The notes under the pieces are model-generated. The model was not told the origin of the DNA, ran no database searches, and was given only the letters and a program-made list of their open reading frames with translations. This document shows, piece after piece, positions 8,292 to 17,466 of a stretch of 24,000 nt of DNA. Origin of the DNA: Collinsella aerofaciens (GTDB lineage: Bacteria > Actinomycetota > Coriobacteriia > Coriobacteriales > Coriobacteriaceae). Location: positions 7,915 through 31,914 of the forward strand of contig DBFANS010000036.1 of assembly GCA_048233475.1 (NCBI GenBank), given 5' to 3'. Within the stretch, counting starts at the first letter, position 1. Every line of letters begins with the position of its first letter. The position numbers and the translations under genes were made by a program.

Positions 8292-10591
8292 GTGCGACCG
8301 AGCGCGAACATGTGATGCCTCCGCGGCCCCTGATGCCGTGGACGATGGCCCTGTGTGCCGGCATGTGCATGAGCTGCGCCTTGGTGCTCAACGTGGCCGC
8401 TGATGCGCTGCTGAGGGAGCAGGCGCCGGCGGTCGGGCTGCTATGGGCCATTCCCGTTGCGGCGACGGTATTCGTTGTGCTGGCTCAATCTTGTGCGCGG
8501 CTTGCCCCTTGGAAGCGGTGGCTGTATGCCGCGTCCGTCGGTCTCGTGGCGGGAGCGGTCGTCTCGGCGTGGTGGGCTGCGGGCGCGCTCAACGCCTCGA
8601 AGGCGCTCGACGGCCGAGCGGCAAGCAGCCTCGAGTTTGTCGTGCAGGGTGATCCATCCATAAACGACGACGTGTATTCCTATACCTGCGAGGTACGCGC
8701 GGACGGTAAGAACTTGGCAACGGTTCGCCTATCGTGCGACCGCGAGCTCAAGGTCGGGGCGCACGTGCGTGTTATCGGTCGCGTTTCACGTTTTGAGAAC
8801 GATGCGTATGGACGATTGCGCGTGCTCCGAGGCGAGGTGCGCAAGGTTAAAGCCGTTCGGATTGTGTCGGTCGATGAGGGCTCTCCGGGGCCGCTGCTTC
8901 GGCTGCGAAATTGGCTGCTTGCGTCCATCGCGCCTGCGACCGACCCGGCACGTGCGCTCATAGCTGGTGTCGTCTGTGGTCGTTCGGCCGAGCTGCGCGC
9001 CCAGCCGGCGGGCGACTGGTTTTCGGTGACGGGAACGGCGCATCTTATCGCCGTCTCGGGCAGCCATCTGGCTATCGTGGGGTTTGTGATCGAGGGCGTA
9101 TTGCAAAAGACTCGGTGCTCACGTGGTTTTCAGCGGGTGATATTGGCGATAACGCTTGTGGGCTACGCTGCCTTTACGGGCGCGTCTCCCTCGGCCGTGC
9201 GCGCGTGCTGCATGGTGTTCGCGACGCTTGTCGTAAACGGAGCGGGTCGTCGTCGGCACGGCGCATCGGCACTCTTCGTAACCATGTCCATCTTTGTGCT
9301 ACTGAGGCCGACGGTGCTGTTCGAGATGGGCTTTCAGCTTTCATGTGCCAGCGTCTTTGCCATCCTGTGCTTTTGCCCGTATGCTACCTACGCTTTGGGT
9401 GAGCTGAGCGTGCCGTCGGGCATTGCCAGCATGCTCTCCGTCACACTGTGCTCGCAGTTGGCGACGCTCCCCATCACCATTCCTGCCTTTGGTACGTTCT
9501 CGCTCATTGCTCCGTTGGCAAATGCGGCCATCGGTCCGGTGGTGAGCGTACTGCTTGCTGTGTCGATCGTGCTGGTTCCCTTTTCGCTCGTGGCGCCGTT
9601 GCGGACTTGGGCGCTCGTTGTGCCCATGATTGCCGCCCGTTGCGCGCTGTTCTTCGAGCAGCTGTTTGCCGCCGTGCCGGGTGCATCCGTGAGCGTGCCG
9701 CCCGATAGCATGTGGATTTACCTAGTGCCGTGTTTGCTGGCGGTTCTGCTGGTCTGGTGGCCGCGTCCCCGTGCACGTCTTATGGCGGTGGGGCTTGCAT
9801 GCCTGGTGCTCTTGGCTGCGATTCCGTACGTCTACTGGGATCGATTCGCTCCGCCTTCGGTGACGGTACTCGATGTGGGCCAGGCCGATGCGATTCTTAT
9901 CCGCGAGGGCGGCGCAGTAGCGCTCGTCGACTGCGGGCTCGACGAGCGCGTGGTAGCGGCGTTGGTTCGCAACAATGTCCACCATATCGACGCCGTCTTC
10001 GTGACACATTGGGACGAAGATCATTGGGGTGGTCTTCCCGATGTGCTCGATCGGTTTTCGGTTGGAACCATTGCAGTTGCAGCGGATGCGCTGGACGGTG
10101 CGCCTGCTGAGGTCCTGAATCGCCCCGGCGTAACGTATCGGCAGGTGGCTCGCGGGGATACGGTCGATATCGGCGCATTTCGGGCTCGTGTGATGTGGCC
10201 GTTTGACACGGTGGATGGCGAGGGCAATGAGGACTCGCTTGTCTTGCTGCTCTCCTATGCCCGGGAATGCAAGAGCCTGCGTATGCTCCTCACTGGTGAT
10301 GCCGAGCTCGATCAGGAGCGCGAGTTTGTACAGGAGGTGGGTGATATCGATGTGCTCAAGCTGGGGCATCACGGCTCAAAAGTTTCCGTCGACAAAGACC
10401 TGCTGGAAACGCTTAAGCCCGAGCTCTCTATGGCGAGTGCGGGCGAGGGCAACCGCTACGGCCATCCATCCGATGCCTGCATCGATGCCGTTCGCGATGC
10501 GGGCGGCGCGTTCGCATGTACCATTGAACAAGGAGACATTACCGTCTCGCCGACCGTAACAGGTTTTGCCATGCGATGCCAGCGACCGTGA
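8288..10591 (+). CDS. comEC: DNA internalisation competence protein ComEC/Rec2
   Basis: ATGA overlap with the comEA stop. The 767-aa product is polytopic and contains the competence-domain segment HLIAVSGSHLAIVG. A C-terminal metallo-beta-lactamase domain is present (VLDVGQADAILI, THWDEDHWGG, LKLGHHGS). Confidence 0.9.
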   Translation: MSATEREHVMPPRPLMPWTMALCAGMCMSCALVLNVAADALLREQAPAVGLLWAIPVAATVFVVLAQSCARLAPWKRWLYAASVGLVAGAVVSAWWAAGALNASKALDGRAASSLEFVVQGDPSINDDVYSYTCEVRADGKNLATVRLSCDRELKVGAHVRVIGRVSRFENDAYGRLRVLRGEVRKVKAVRIVSVDEGSPGPLLRLRNWLLASIAPATDPARALIAGVVCGRSAELRAQPAGDWFSVTGTAHLIAVSGSHLAIVGFVIEGVLQKTRCSRGFQRVILAITLVGYAAFTGASPSAVRACCMVFATLVVNGAGRRRHGASALFVTMSIFVLLRPTVLFEMGFQLSCASVFAILCFCPYATYALGELSVPSGIASMLSVTLCSQLATLPITIPAFGTFSLIAPLANAAIGPVVSVLLAVSIVLVPFSLVAPLRTWALVVPMIAARCALFFEQLFAAVPGASVSVPPDSMWIYLVPCLLAVLLVWWPRPRARLMAVGLACLVLLAAIPYVYWDRFAPPSVTVLDVGQADAILIREGGAVALVDCGLDERVVAALVRNNVHHIDAVFVTHWDEDHWGGLPDVLDRFSVGTIAVAADALDGAPAEVLNRPGVTYRQVARGDTVDIGAFRARVMWPFDTVDGEGNEDSLVLLLSYARECKSLRMLLTGDAELDQEREFVQEVGDIDVLKLGHHGSKVSVDKDLLETLKPELSMASAGEGNRYGHPSDACIDAVRDAGGAFACTIEQGDITVSPTVTGFAMRCQRP

Positions 10592-10669
10592 TGCTGCCGT
10601 TGGCGCGGGACCAACCCCTGGGCTAAAATGGCACGGTACGAATTCGAGAGTCTGCGGGAGGGGAGCGCA

Positions 10670-11632
10670 ATGTCCGAAACCGGTCTGCTGCCGGCATATC
10701 TGATCGTCGGTACCGACGGAGTCAAGCGCGATCACGCCGTCTCGCGTATGAAAGCGCGTCTGGAAAAGTCGGGTATGGTCGAGTTCAACCTCGACGAGCG
10801 CGATATGACCAAAGACCCCGATATCGAGTCGATTATCGGATCGCTCAACACCTTTCCCATGGGCAGCGAGTTTCGCCTGGTAATCCTTGACGGCTGCTCA
10901 AAACTCGCCAAAGCGATCTCCGAGCCGCTTGTCGACTATCTGGCGAGTCCCAGCCCCACGACGGTTTGTCTCATCATCGCCGACTCGCTTGCCAAGAACA
11001 CGCGCCTGTATAAGGCGATCGCCAAGATCGACAAGAAGGCGGTGATCGATTGCTCCGGTACCAAGCGCTGGGAGCTACCGCGCCGCGTGCAGCAGATGGC
11101 GACGCAGCACGGCAAGTCGATCTCGACGGCGGCCGCCGAGGAGCTCGTCTCGCGTTCGGGTGAAAACACTCGCATGCTCGATAACGATTTGGCTAAGCTT
11201 GCCCAGATGGTCGAGGCGCCCCAGATTGAGCTTGCTGATGTGGAGCGCTGGATTGTGCGCACGGCCGAAGTCCAGCCCTGGGACTTTCTCAATGCGGTCT
11301 CGGCCCGTGACATGCGACGCTCGCTCGAGCTCTTCAATCTACTGCCCGCCAAGAGCTACGTGTGGACTTACACATTGCTGTGCGGCCGCATCCGCGAGCT
11401 TATCGTTGCCAAGGCGCTCGATGCGCGCGGACAGGGTCGTGAGCTGGCCGCAACGCTTAAGCTCCAGTCCTGGCAGGTCAAGAATCACCTGACCTGGGCA
11501 CGTCGCTTTTCGATGGCAGAGCTCGTTGCCGCGCTCGAGGGCGCGGTCGATGTGGAGCTCGCGCTGAAGGGTTCGGCCGATTCTCAGACCGCGCTTTTGC
11601 TCTGGATTACGTACATCTTGAGAAAATCGTGA
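10670..11632 (+). CDS. holA: DNA polymerase III subunit delta
   Basis: ATG at 10670 follows GGGAGGGGAG. The N-terminus LPAYLIVGTDGVKRD, the size (320 aa) and the helical C-terminus fit HolA. The position directly after comEC matches Bacillus. Confidence 0.83.
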   Translation: MSETGLLPAYLIVGTDGVKRDHAVSRMKARLEKSGMVEFNLDERDMTKDPDIESIIGSLNTFPMGSEFRLVILDGCSKLAKAISEPLVDYLASPSPTTVCLIIADSLAKNTRLYKAIAKIDKKAVIDCSGTKRWELPRRVQQMATQHGKSISTAAAEELVSRSGENTRMLDNDLAKLAQMVEAPQIELADVERWIVRTAEVQPWDFLNAVSARDMRRSLELFNLLPAKSYVWTYTLLCGRIRELIVAKALDARGQGRELAATLKLQSWQVKNHLTWARRFSMAELVAALEGAVDVELALKGSADSQTALLLWITYILRKS

Positions 11633-11681
11633 TGATACCTGCCTATTTGACAAATTCGTTCTATCCCTTTGAGGGGGAGCG

Positions 11682-11690
11682 TGCTATAGT
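11682..11690 (+). promoter_or_regulatory. candidate extended -10 promoter element (TGcTATAGT) for rpsT
   Basis: TGC+TATAGT lies 76 nt upstream of the rpsT GTG. The nearby TTGACA (11647-11652) is 32 nt away, so it is not a matching -35. Confidence 0.4.
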
Positions 11691-11765
11691 AGGCGCTTGC
11701 ATGACCTCACCGTGTCTCAGAGGTGTCATACATTTTTTGCAAGGAACTCGAAAGGAACTCCAGAA

Positions 11766-12032
11766 GTGGCAAACATCAAGTCTCAGAAGAAGCGTATCCG
11801 CACCAATGAGGCAGCTCGCATGCGTAACAAGGCTGTCAAGTCCGAGCTCAAGACGCTGACCAAGCACGTCCAGTCCGCCGTTGCCGAGGGCGACGCCGAG
11901 AAGGCCCAGGCTGCCCTCAAGACCGTCACCAAGCGTCTCGACATGGCTGCCGCCAAGCATGTTATCCACAAGAACCAGGCTTCCAACCGCAAGTCCGGTC
12001 TTGCCAAGCTCGTGAACAGCATCAACGCCTAA
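11766..12032 (+). CDS. rpsT: 30S ribosomal protein S20
   Basis: GTG start gives (M)[29 protein letters not shown], the canonical S20 N-terminus. An SD-like AAAGGAA lies upstream. The track ORF start at 11697 was trimmed. Confidence 0.95.
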   Translation: MANIKSQKKRIRTNEAARMRNKAVKSELKTLTKHVQSAVAEGDAEKAQAALKTVTKRLDMAAAKHVIHKNQASNRKSGLAKLVNSINA

Positions 12033-12066
12033 GTTGTAAATTTCACACCACACAGATTACGCGCAT

Positions 12067-12105
12067 AAATGGAGCCTGTTTTATGGAACAGGCTCCATTT
12101 TTTGT
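12067..12105 (+). terminator. rho-independent terminator after rpsT
   Basis: A perfect 14-bp stem, AAATGGAGCCTGTT (12067-12080) with AACAGGCTCCATTT (12087-12100), has a 6-nt loop and is followed by a T-run. Confidence 0.9.
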
Positions 12106-12128
12106 ACCGCTCGGGTAAGATAGTCCGC

Positions 12129-13940
12129 ATGAATACTTCAATTGACATTTCCCACATCCGCAACTTCTCAATCGTTGCGCACATCGACCATGGCAAGTCC
12201 ACGATCAGCGATCGCATCCTCGAGCTCACCCATACCGTCGACGAACGCGACATGGAGTCGCAGCTGCTCGACACCATGGATATCGAGCGCGAGCGCGGCA
12301 TCACGATCAAGTCCAATGCCGTTCGCGTGTCCTATGACGCCGACGATGGCGAGACGTATCAGTTCAATCTGATCGATACGCCGGGCCACGTGGACTTTAC
12401 CTATGAGGTCTCGCGCTCGCTGGCAGCCTGTGAGGGCGCGGTGCTCGTTGTCGACGCCACGCAGGGCGTCGAGGCGCAGACCGTCTCCAACGCGACGCTC
12501 GCCATGAACGCCAATCTGGACATTGTGCCGGCCATCAACAAGATCGACCTGCCCTCGGCCCATCCCGACGAGGTTAAGACCGAGATCGAGGATGACCTGG
12601 CGATCCCTGCCGATGATGCCGTGTGCGTCTCGGGCAAGACCGGCGAGGGCATCCACGATCTGCTGGAGTCCATTGTCTTTTTGATCTCTCCGCCCAAGGG
12701 CGATGCGAACGCGCCGCTCAAGGCACTCATTCTGGATTCGTACTTCGACGAGTATCGTGGCGTCGTCGCCACGGTGCGCATCTTTGACGGCTCCATCAAA
12801 AAGGGCGATACCCTGCGCATGATGCAGGCAAAGGGCGACTTTTTGGTCGATGGCGTGGGCGTCAAGCGTCCCGCCGAGACCCCGGTCGACGCGCTCACGG
12901 TCGGCGAGGTCGGATACGTGGTCACGGGCCTGAAGGACCCCGAGGCCGTTCGCGTGGGCGATACCCTCACGTGGGCGTCGAATCCCTGCCCCGAGCCGCT
13001 TCCCGGCTACCGCGAGGCCAAGCCCATGGTCTATACGGGCCTGTTCCCGATCGATAACAAGGACTACGAGAACCTGCGTGACGCGCTCGATAAGCTGCAC
13101 GTCAACGACCCGTCGTTGGTGTGGGAGCCCGAGACCTCGGTGGCGCTCGGCTTTGGCTTCCGCGTGGGCTTCTTGGGCCTGCTGCATATGGAGGTCGTCA
13201 AGGAGCGCCTGGAGCGCGAGTTCAATCTTGACCTCATTGCCACGAGCCCCTCGGTGGACTATCACGTCTACAAGACTGACGGCGAGATGATTGATGTCCG
13301 CAGCCCGCAGGATCTGCCCGAGGCTACGCGCATCGAGCGTATCGAGGAACCCTACCTCAAGGCCAAGATTATCTGCCCGCCCGAGTATACGGGTGCCGTC
13401 ATGCAGCTCGCTATCGAGCACCGCGGCATTACTACCGACATGATTCATCTCACGAGCAAGTCGGTCGAGATGCGCTTTGATATGCCGCTCGCCGAGCTCA
13501 TCTTGGACTTCTTTGACCAGCTCAAGAGCCGTACCAAGGGCTATGCCTCGCTCGACTACGAGTTCAACGAGTATCGTCCCTCCGAGCTCGTCAAGCTCGA
13601 TATCTTGCTTTCGGGCGACGAGGTGGACGCGCTGTCGTTTATCGTCCATAAGGACAAGGCCTATGGCCTGGCCCGTGGTCTGTGCGACAAACTTAAGGAG
13701 ATCATCCCGCGTCAGCTGTTCGAGGTTCCCATCCAGGGTGCTATCGGCAACAAAATCATCGCCCGTTCTACCGTCAAAGCGCGTCGCAAGGACGTTCTTG
13801 CTAAGTGCTACGGCGGCGATATCTCGCGTAAGCGCAAGCTGCTCGAGAAGCAGAAAGAGGGCAAGAAGCGCATGAAGGCCATCGGCTCGGTCGAGGTCCC
13901 GCAGGAGGCCTTTATGGCGATCCTCAAGGTGGACGAGTAG
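12129..13940 (+). CDS. lepA: translation elongation factor 4 (LepA)
   Basis: The product starts [30 protein letters not shown] motifs DTPGH and NKID are present, with the LepA-specific C-terminus (...[25 protein letters not shown]). The track start at 12069 lies inside the rpsT terminator and was trimmed. Confidence 0.97.
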   Translation: MNTSIDISHIRNFSIVAHIDHGKSTISDRILELTHTVDERDMESQLLDTMDIERERGITIKSNAVRVSYDADDGETYQFNLIDTPGHVDFTYEVSRSLAACEGAVLVVDATQGVEAQTVSNATLAMNANLDIVPAINKIDLPSAHPDEVKTEIEDDLAIPADDAVCVSGKTGEGIHDLLESIVFLISPPKGDANAPLKALILDSYFDEYRGVVATVRIFDGSIKKGDTLRMMQAKGDFLVDGVGVKRPAETPVDALTVGEVGYVVTGLKDPEAVRVGDTLTWASNPCPEPLPGYREAKPMVYTGLFPIDNKDYENLRDALDKLHVNDPSLVWEPETSVALGFGFRVGFLGLLHMEVVKERLEREFNLDLIATSPSVDYHVYKTDGEMIDVRSPQDLPEATRIERIEEPYLKAKIICPPEYTGAVMQLAIEHRGITTDMIHLTSKSVEMRFDMPLAELILDFFDQLKSRTKGYASLDYEFNEYRPSELVKLDILLSGDEVDALSFIVHKDKAYGLARGLCDKLKEIIPRQLFEVPIQGAIGNKIIARSTVKARRKDVLAKCYGGDISRKRKLLEKQKEGKKRMKAIGSVEVPQEAFMAILKVDE

Positions 13941-13944
13941 GTCT

Positions 13945-14988
13945 ATGGCGCTTTCCGAATACAGCAAGCGGCTGCTGGGCGCCTATGCCGAGCAGCCGTT
14001 CCTTATGGCTCCCATGGCGGGCGTAACCGATCCCGCTTATCGCATCATGTGCCGCCGCCGCGGTGCCAATCTCGCCTATAGCGAGATGGTGAGCGTGGCG
14101 GGCCTTGCCTATGCCAGCAACAAGACCTGGCGCCTGGTGCTACCGGCCGACAAGGAGCAGCAGATTTGCGTGCAGCTCTTTGGCTCCAAGCCCGAGCAGT
14201 TTGCGAGTGCCGTCGCCGCCGTCGAGGAGCGTGTGGGCGATCGCCTGTCATTGATTGATATCAACATGGCCTGTCCGGCTCGCAAGGTCGTTACTAAGGG
14301 CGAAGGCTCGGCGCTTATGCGCACGCCCGACCTGGCCGAGAAGATTGTCGAGGCAGCGGTGGGCGCGGCGCATGTTCCCGTGACCGTGAAGATCCGCAAG
14401 GGTTTTTATGCCGAGGACCGCAACGCCGCAACGTTTGCCCAGATGCTTGAAGGGGCGGGCGCCTCTGCAGTTGCCGTGCACGGTCGTTGTGCCACGCAGC
14501 TCTACACCGGCCAGGCCGATTGGTCGGTTGTCGATGAGGTTGCCGACGCCGTCGAGATTCCCGTGATTGGTTCGGGTGATGTGTTCTGCGCCGAGGATGC
14601 CGCGGAGCATCTGCGCAGTTCTGGTGCCAGCGCGGTGTTTATCGCGCGCGGCATCTACGGCAATCCGTGGGTGTTCGGTGATGCTCGCGCCCTTGCGCTC
14701 GATGGCATGCCGGTGCCGGCGCGCAGCTCCGTTGAGCGCCTAGACGCCCTGCGTGAGCACCTAACGCTGACGCATGAGCTCCTGCCGCTCATGTCGCGTG
14801 CCCGTACGTACGCAAGCTGGTACTTAAAAGGCATGCCCCATGCCGCCGCTTGGCGTGCCCATGTGGTGCGCTGTTCCACTTACGAGGAGTTTATGGCGCT
14901 GGTCGATGAGATCGAGCGCGATGTGGTGGCTTGCGAGGCTGCCCTTGCCGCCGGCGAATCGGTGCCTCCACATCCGCTGGAGGCTTAA
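13945..14988 (+). CDS. dus: tRNA-dihydrouridine synthase (Dus family)
   Basis: Motifs LMAPMAGVTDPAYR, IDINMACPARKV (catalytic Cys), VTVKIRKG and HGRCATQLYTGQADW are present. Confidence 0.9.
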   Translation: MALSEYSKRLLGAYAEQPFLMAPMAGVTDPAYRIMCRRRGANLAYSEMVSVAGLAYASNKTWRLVLPADKEQQICVQLFGSKPEQFASAVAAVEERVGDRLSLIDINMACPARKVVTKGEGSALMRTPDLAEKIVEAAVGAAHVPVTVKIRKGFYAEDRNAATFAQMLEGAGASAVAVHGRCATQLYTGQADWSVVDEVADAVEIPVIGSGDVFCAEDAAEHLRSSGASAVFIARGIYGNPWVFGDARALALDGMPVPARSSVERLDALREHLTLTHELLPLMSRARTYASWYLKGMPHAAAWRAHVVRCSTYEEFMALVDEIERDVVACEAALAAGESVPPHPLEA

Positions 14989-14990
14989 GG

Positions 14991-16223
14991 GTGGCCGTTA
15001 CCGCGCTGTACGTGCACGTGCCGTTTTGCGCCCAAAAGTGCCGGTACTGCGACTTTGACTCGCGCAGTTTTGCTCCGTGCGACCTGAGCGCTGCGCTCGA
15101 TGTCTATTTTGAGCAGTTGTTCGCGCGCCTCGATGCTTTTGGCAAGGCTAGGGCCCTTGAACAGATCCGCACCGTCTATGTTGGCGGTGGTACGCCGTCG
15201 CTGGCGGGGGAGCGCCTGGTGGAGCTGGCGCGGCGTATTCGTGCGTGGTGCGCCCCCGTTGAGTTTACCTGCGAGGCCAATCCCGAGTCGCTGACCGCCG
15301 AGCTTGCCGCTGCGCTTGCCAAGGTTGGTGTCACACGCGTCTCTCTGGGCGTGCAAACGCTCGATAACATCGAACTTACCGCTATCGGCCGTATTCACGA
15401 TGCCGATCGGGCGCTCGCCGCCATCGCGACAGTCAAGAACGCTGGGCTTGACGTGTCGTGCGACCTTATGTGCGGACTTCCCGGGCAGACCGCAGCGAGT
15501 TGGAGGCGCACGCTCGATGGCGTGCTGGCGGCGGCTCCGCATCATGTGTCGGTCTACCCGCTCACGCTTGAGGAGGGGACTCCCCTTTATCGCATGGCGT
15601 GCCGCGACGAGTCGGTAGAGCCCGACGAGGATTTTCAAGCTTCGTGCATGGATGTGGCGCGTGAGCGTCTGGGTGCGGCCGGCTATCACCCGTATGAGGT
15701 GGCAAGCTATGCGCTCGACGGACATGAGTGCGCCCATAACATTGCCTACTGGACCGGCCAGGGCTATTTGGGCCTGGGTCGCTCTGCCGCGGGCATGCTC
15801 GATGCCGAGGATTTCGATCGTCTTGCAGGTTTGTTCCCCGGCGTGTCTTCTCGAGGCGATTCGTACCGCGTGCGTCTGGTGCAACGTGACGATGACGCGA
15901 CGGCGTTCGAGGCCGAATATCTGTCGCAGCGTGAGGCTGCGGCTGAAGACCTGATGCTCGCTTGTCGCTTGACGCGCGGTATTGCGTCCGATCTGTTGGT
16001 TCGTGCAGCTTGCGTCATCCCAACGGGCGAGCTGGCAGCTGTCTGCGATCGCGCGCTCGAATTGGGTCTTGCCACTTGGGTGCCCGAGACGCTCGGAGTC
16101 CATGAGGGACCCTTCACTTCGGCAGACGTCCTCGCGGGCCATGTCCGTGCTCGTTTAGCGCCCACCCACTTGGGCTGGCTCGATGGAAATGTGCTGTTCG
16201 AGCTGTTTTGGGGTCTAGCCTAG
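14991..16223 (+). CDS. hemW: radical SAM heme chaperone HemW / HemN-like coproporphyrinogen-III oxidase family protein
   Basis: GTG at 14991 follows GGAGG (14979-14983). The product starts LYVHVPFCAQKCRYCDF (CxxxCxxC), continues YVGGGTPS and has a HemN_C-like tail. It follows lepA, as hemN/hemW does in Firmicutes. Confidence 0.85.
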   Translation: MAVTALYVHVPFCAQKCRYCDFDSRSFAPCDLSAALDVYFEQLFARLDAFGKARALEQIRTVYVGGGTPSLAGERLVELARRIRAWCAPVEFTCEANPESLTAELAAALAKVGVTRVSLGVQTLDNIELTAIGRIHDADRALAAIATVKNAGLDVSCDLMCGLPGQTAASWRRTLDGVLAAAPHHVSVYPLTLEEGTPLYRMACRDESVEPDEDFQASCMDVARERLGAAGYHPYEVASYALDGHECAHNIAYWTGQGYLGLGRSAAGMLDAEDFDRLAGLFPGVSSRGDSYRVRLVQRDDDATAFEAEYLSQREAAAEDLMLACRLTRGIASDLLVRAACVIPTGELAAVCDRALELGLATWVPETLGVHEGPFTSADVLAGHVRARLAPTHLGWLDGNVLFELFWGLA

Positions 16224-16281
16224 GCCGCTCGGGTAGAATTACCGCAATATATACGCTGCTGTGAGCAGGAGGTTGCCGCGC

Positions 16282-17385
16282 ATGGCGACGATGAACGAAA
16301 AAGATTACTACGAGATTTTGGGTGTCTCCAAGGACGCCACCTCGCGTGATATTCAGAAGGCCTTCCAGCAAAAGGCCCGCAAGCTCCATCCGGACGTCAA
16401 CAAAGAACCTGATGCCGAGGAAAAGTTTAAAGAGGTTTCCGAGGCCTACGCCGTGCTTTCGGACGAGCAGAAGCGTGCGCGCTACGACGCCATGCGCTCG
16501 GGCAATCCCTTTGCCGGTGCACCGACGGCTTCGCCCTATGGCGGTGGCTATGCCGGCAGCGCCGGTTACGGCAATCCCTTTGACGGCGGTTTCCCCTTCG
16601 GGGGCGCCTGGGGCCAGCCGCGTCGCGGGCAGGCTGCCTATAATCCCGAGAACGGCGCCAACGTGGTCGTCGATATTAAGCTCGACGCCAAGGAGGCCAA
16701 GGGCGGTGCCCGCAAGACCGTTCGCTATACGCGCTTCGATACCTGTGGTCACTGCGGAGGCTCGGGTTCTGTTTCGTCCGAGCATGCACATACCTGTCCG
16801 AGCTGCGGCGGTCGCGGCCACATCGACGTCGACCTGTCCTTCCTGTTCGGTGCCGGCACGTTCCAGTCGGTCTGCCCCGAGTGCGGAGGTTCCGGTAAGG
16901 TCGTCGCCGACCCCTGTCCCGATTGCGGCGGCAGCGGTCGAACCCGTGTGACCTCCGAGCAGACAATTGAGTTTCCTGCCGGCACGCACGATGGCGACGA
17001 GGTCCGCATTGGCGGCATGGGCCACGCCGGCACCAACGGTGCCTCGGGCGGCGATCTTGTCGGCCGTGCCCATGTTGAGGCCGAGCGTCTGGAAGGCAAG
17101 GCCCGTACCGGTTTTTACCTGATGGGCATCGTGGCGCCGTTTTTGGTGCTGTCGGCCATATCGGGCGTGTTCTCGGCCTTTGCCGTGATGTGCTTTATTC
17201 CGTTTGCCATGGGCCTTTTCATGGTGGTCTCGGACGGCGTGCTGCACCGCAGCCTGCTGTGGTGGAAGCGCGGCGCGATGCAGTTTGCCAACGGTTTTGC
17301 CAACGGATTTATGTTCGCGCTCGTGTCGGTTTGGTTTGCGAGCTGCTCGCAACGTGCCATGCTTTCGCCCTACGCAATGCAATAA
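16282..17385 (+). CDS. DnaJ-like J-protein with zinc-finger domain and a C-terminal triple-transmembrane anchor
   Basis: ATG at 16282 follows AGGAGG (16267-16272). J domain: [12 protein letters not shown]...KLHPDVN...[17 protein letters not shown]-rich linker is followed by four CxxCxGxG repeats ([32 protein letters not shown]). From about 17107 there are three hydrophobic segments ([56 protein letters not shown]) where CTD-II would normally be. Confidence 0.8.
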   Translation: MATMNEKDYYEILGVSKDATSRDIQKAFQQKARKLHPDVNKEPDAEEKFKEVSEAYAVLSDEQKRARYDAMRSGNPFAGAPTASPYGGGYAGSAGYGNPFDGGFPFGGAWGQPRRGQAAYNPENGANVVVDIKLDAKEAKGGARKTVRYTRFDTCGHCGGSGSVSSEHAHTCPSCGGRGHIDVDLSFLFGAGTFQSVCPECGGSGKVVADPCPDCGGSGRTRVTSEQTIEFPAGTHDGDEVRIGGMGHAGTNGASGGDLVGRAHVEAERLEGKARTGFYLMGIVAPFLVLSAISGVFSAFAVMCFIPFAMGLFMVVSDGVLHRSLLWWKRGAMQFANGFANGFMFALVSVWFASCSQRAMLSPYAMQ

Positions 17386-17416
17386 CATCTAGCCCTCTGT
17401 TTGCGGCCGGCCCAGC

Positions 17417-17445
17417 TTGGGTATAGGACGCACTGTGACAATAAT
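17417..17445 (+). promoter_or_regulatory. candidate sigma-70-type promoter for dnaJ (TTGGGT-N17-AATAAT)
   Basis: TTGGGT at 17417-17422 and AATAAT at 17440-17445 are separated by a 17-nt spacer, in the 81-nt gap before the dnaJ GTG. This is a sequence match only. Confidence 0.3.
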
Positions 17446-17466
17446 GAAAGTCGGAAGGATTCGGTC

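Noticed and set aside
11647-11652. A perfect TTGACA hexamer upstream of rpsT, considered as a -35 element.
   Set aside because: It lies 32 nt upstream of the only good -10 (TATAGT at 11685-11690), far outside the 16-19 nt spacing window. The promoter call therefore rests on the TGn-extended -10 alone.
17100-17385. The possibility that the membrane J-protein is a frameshifted pseudogene of a duplicated dnaJ.
   Set aside because: Neither alternative + frame over this interval encodes DnaJ C-terminal-domain-like sequence. The in-frame tail has coherent hydrophobic helices and runs to a normal stop. A pseudogene cannot be formally excluded without homologue comparison.
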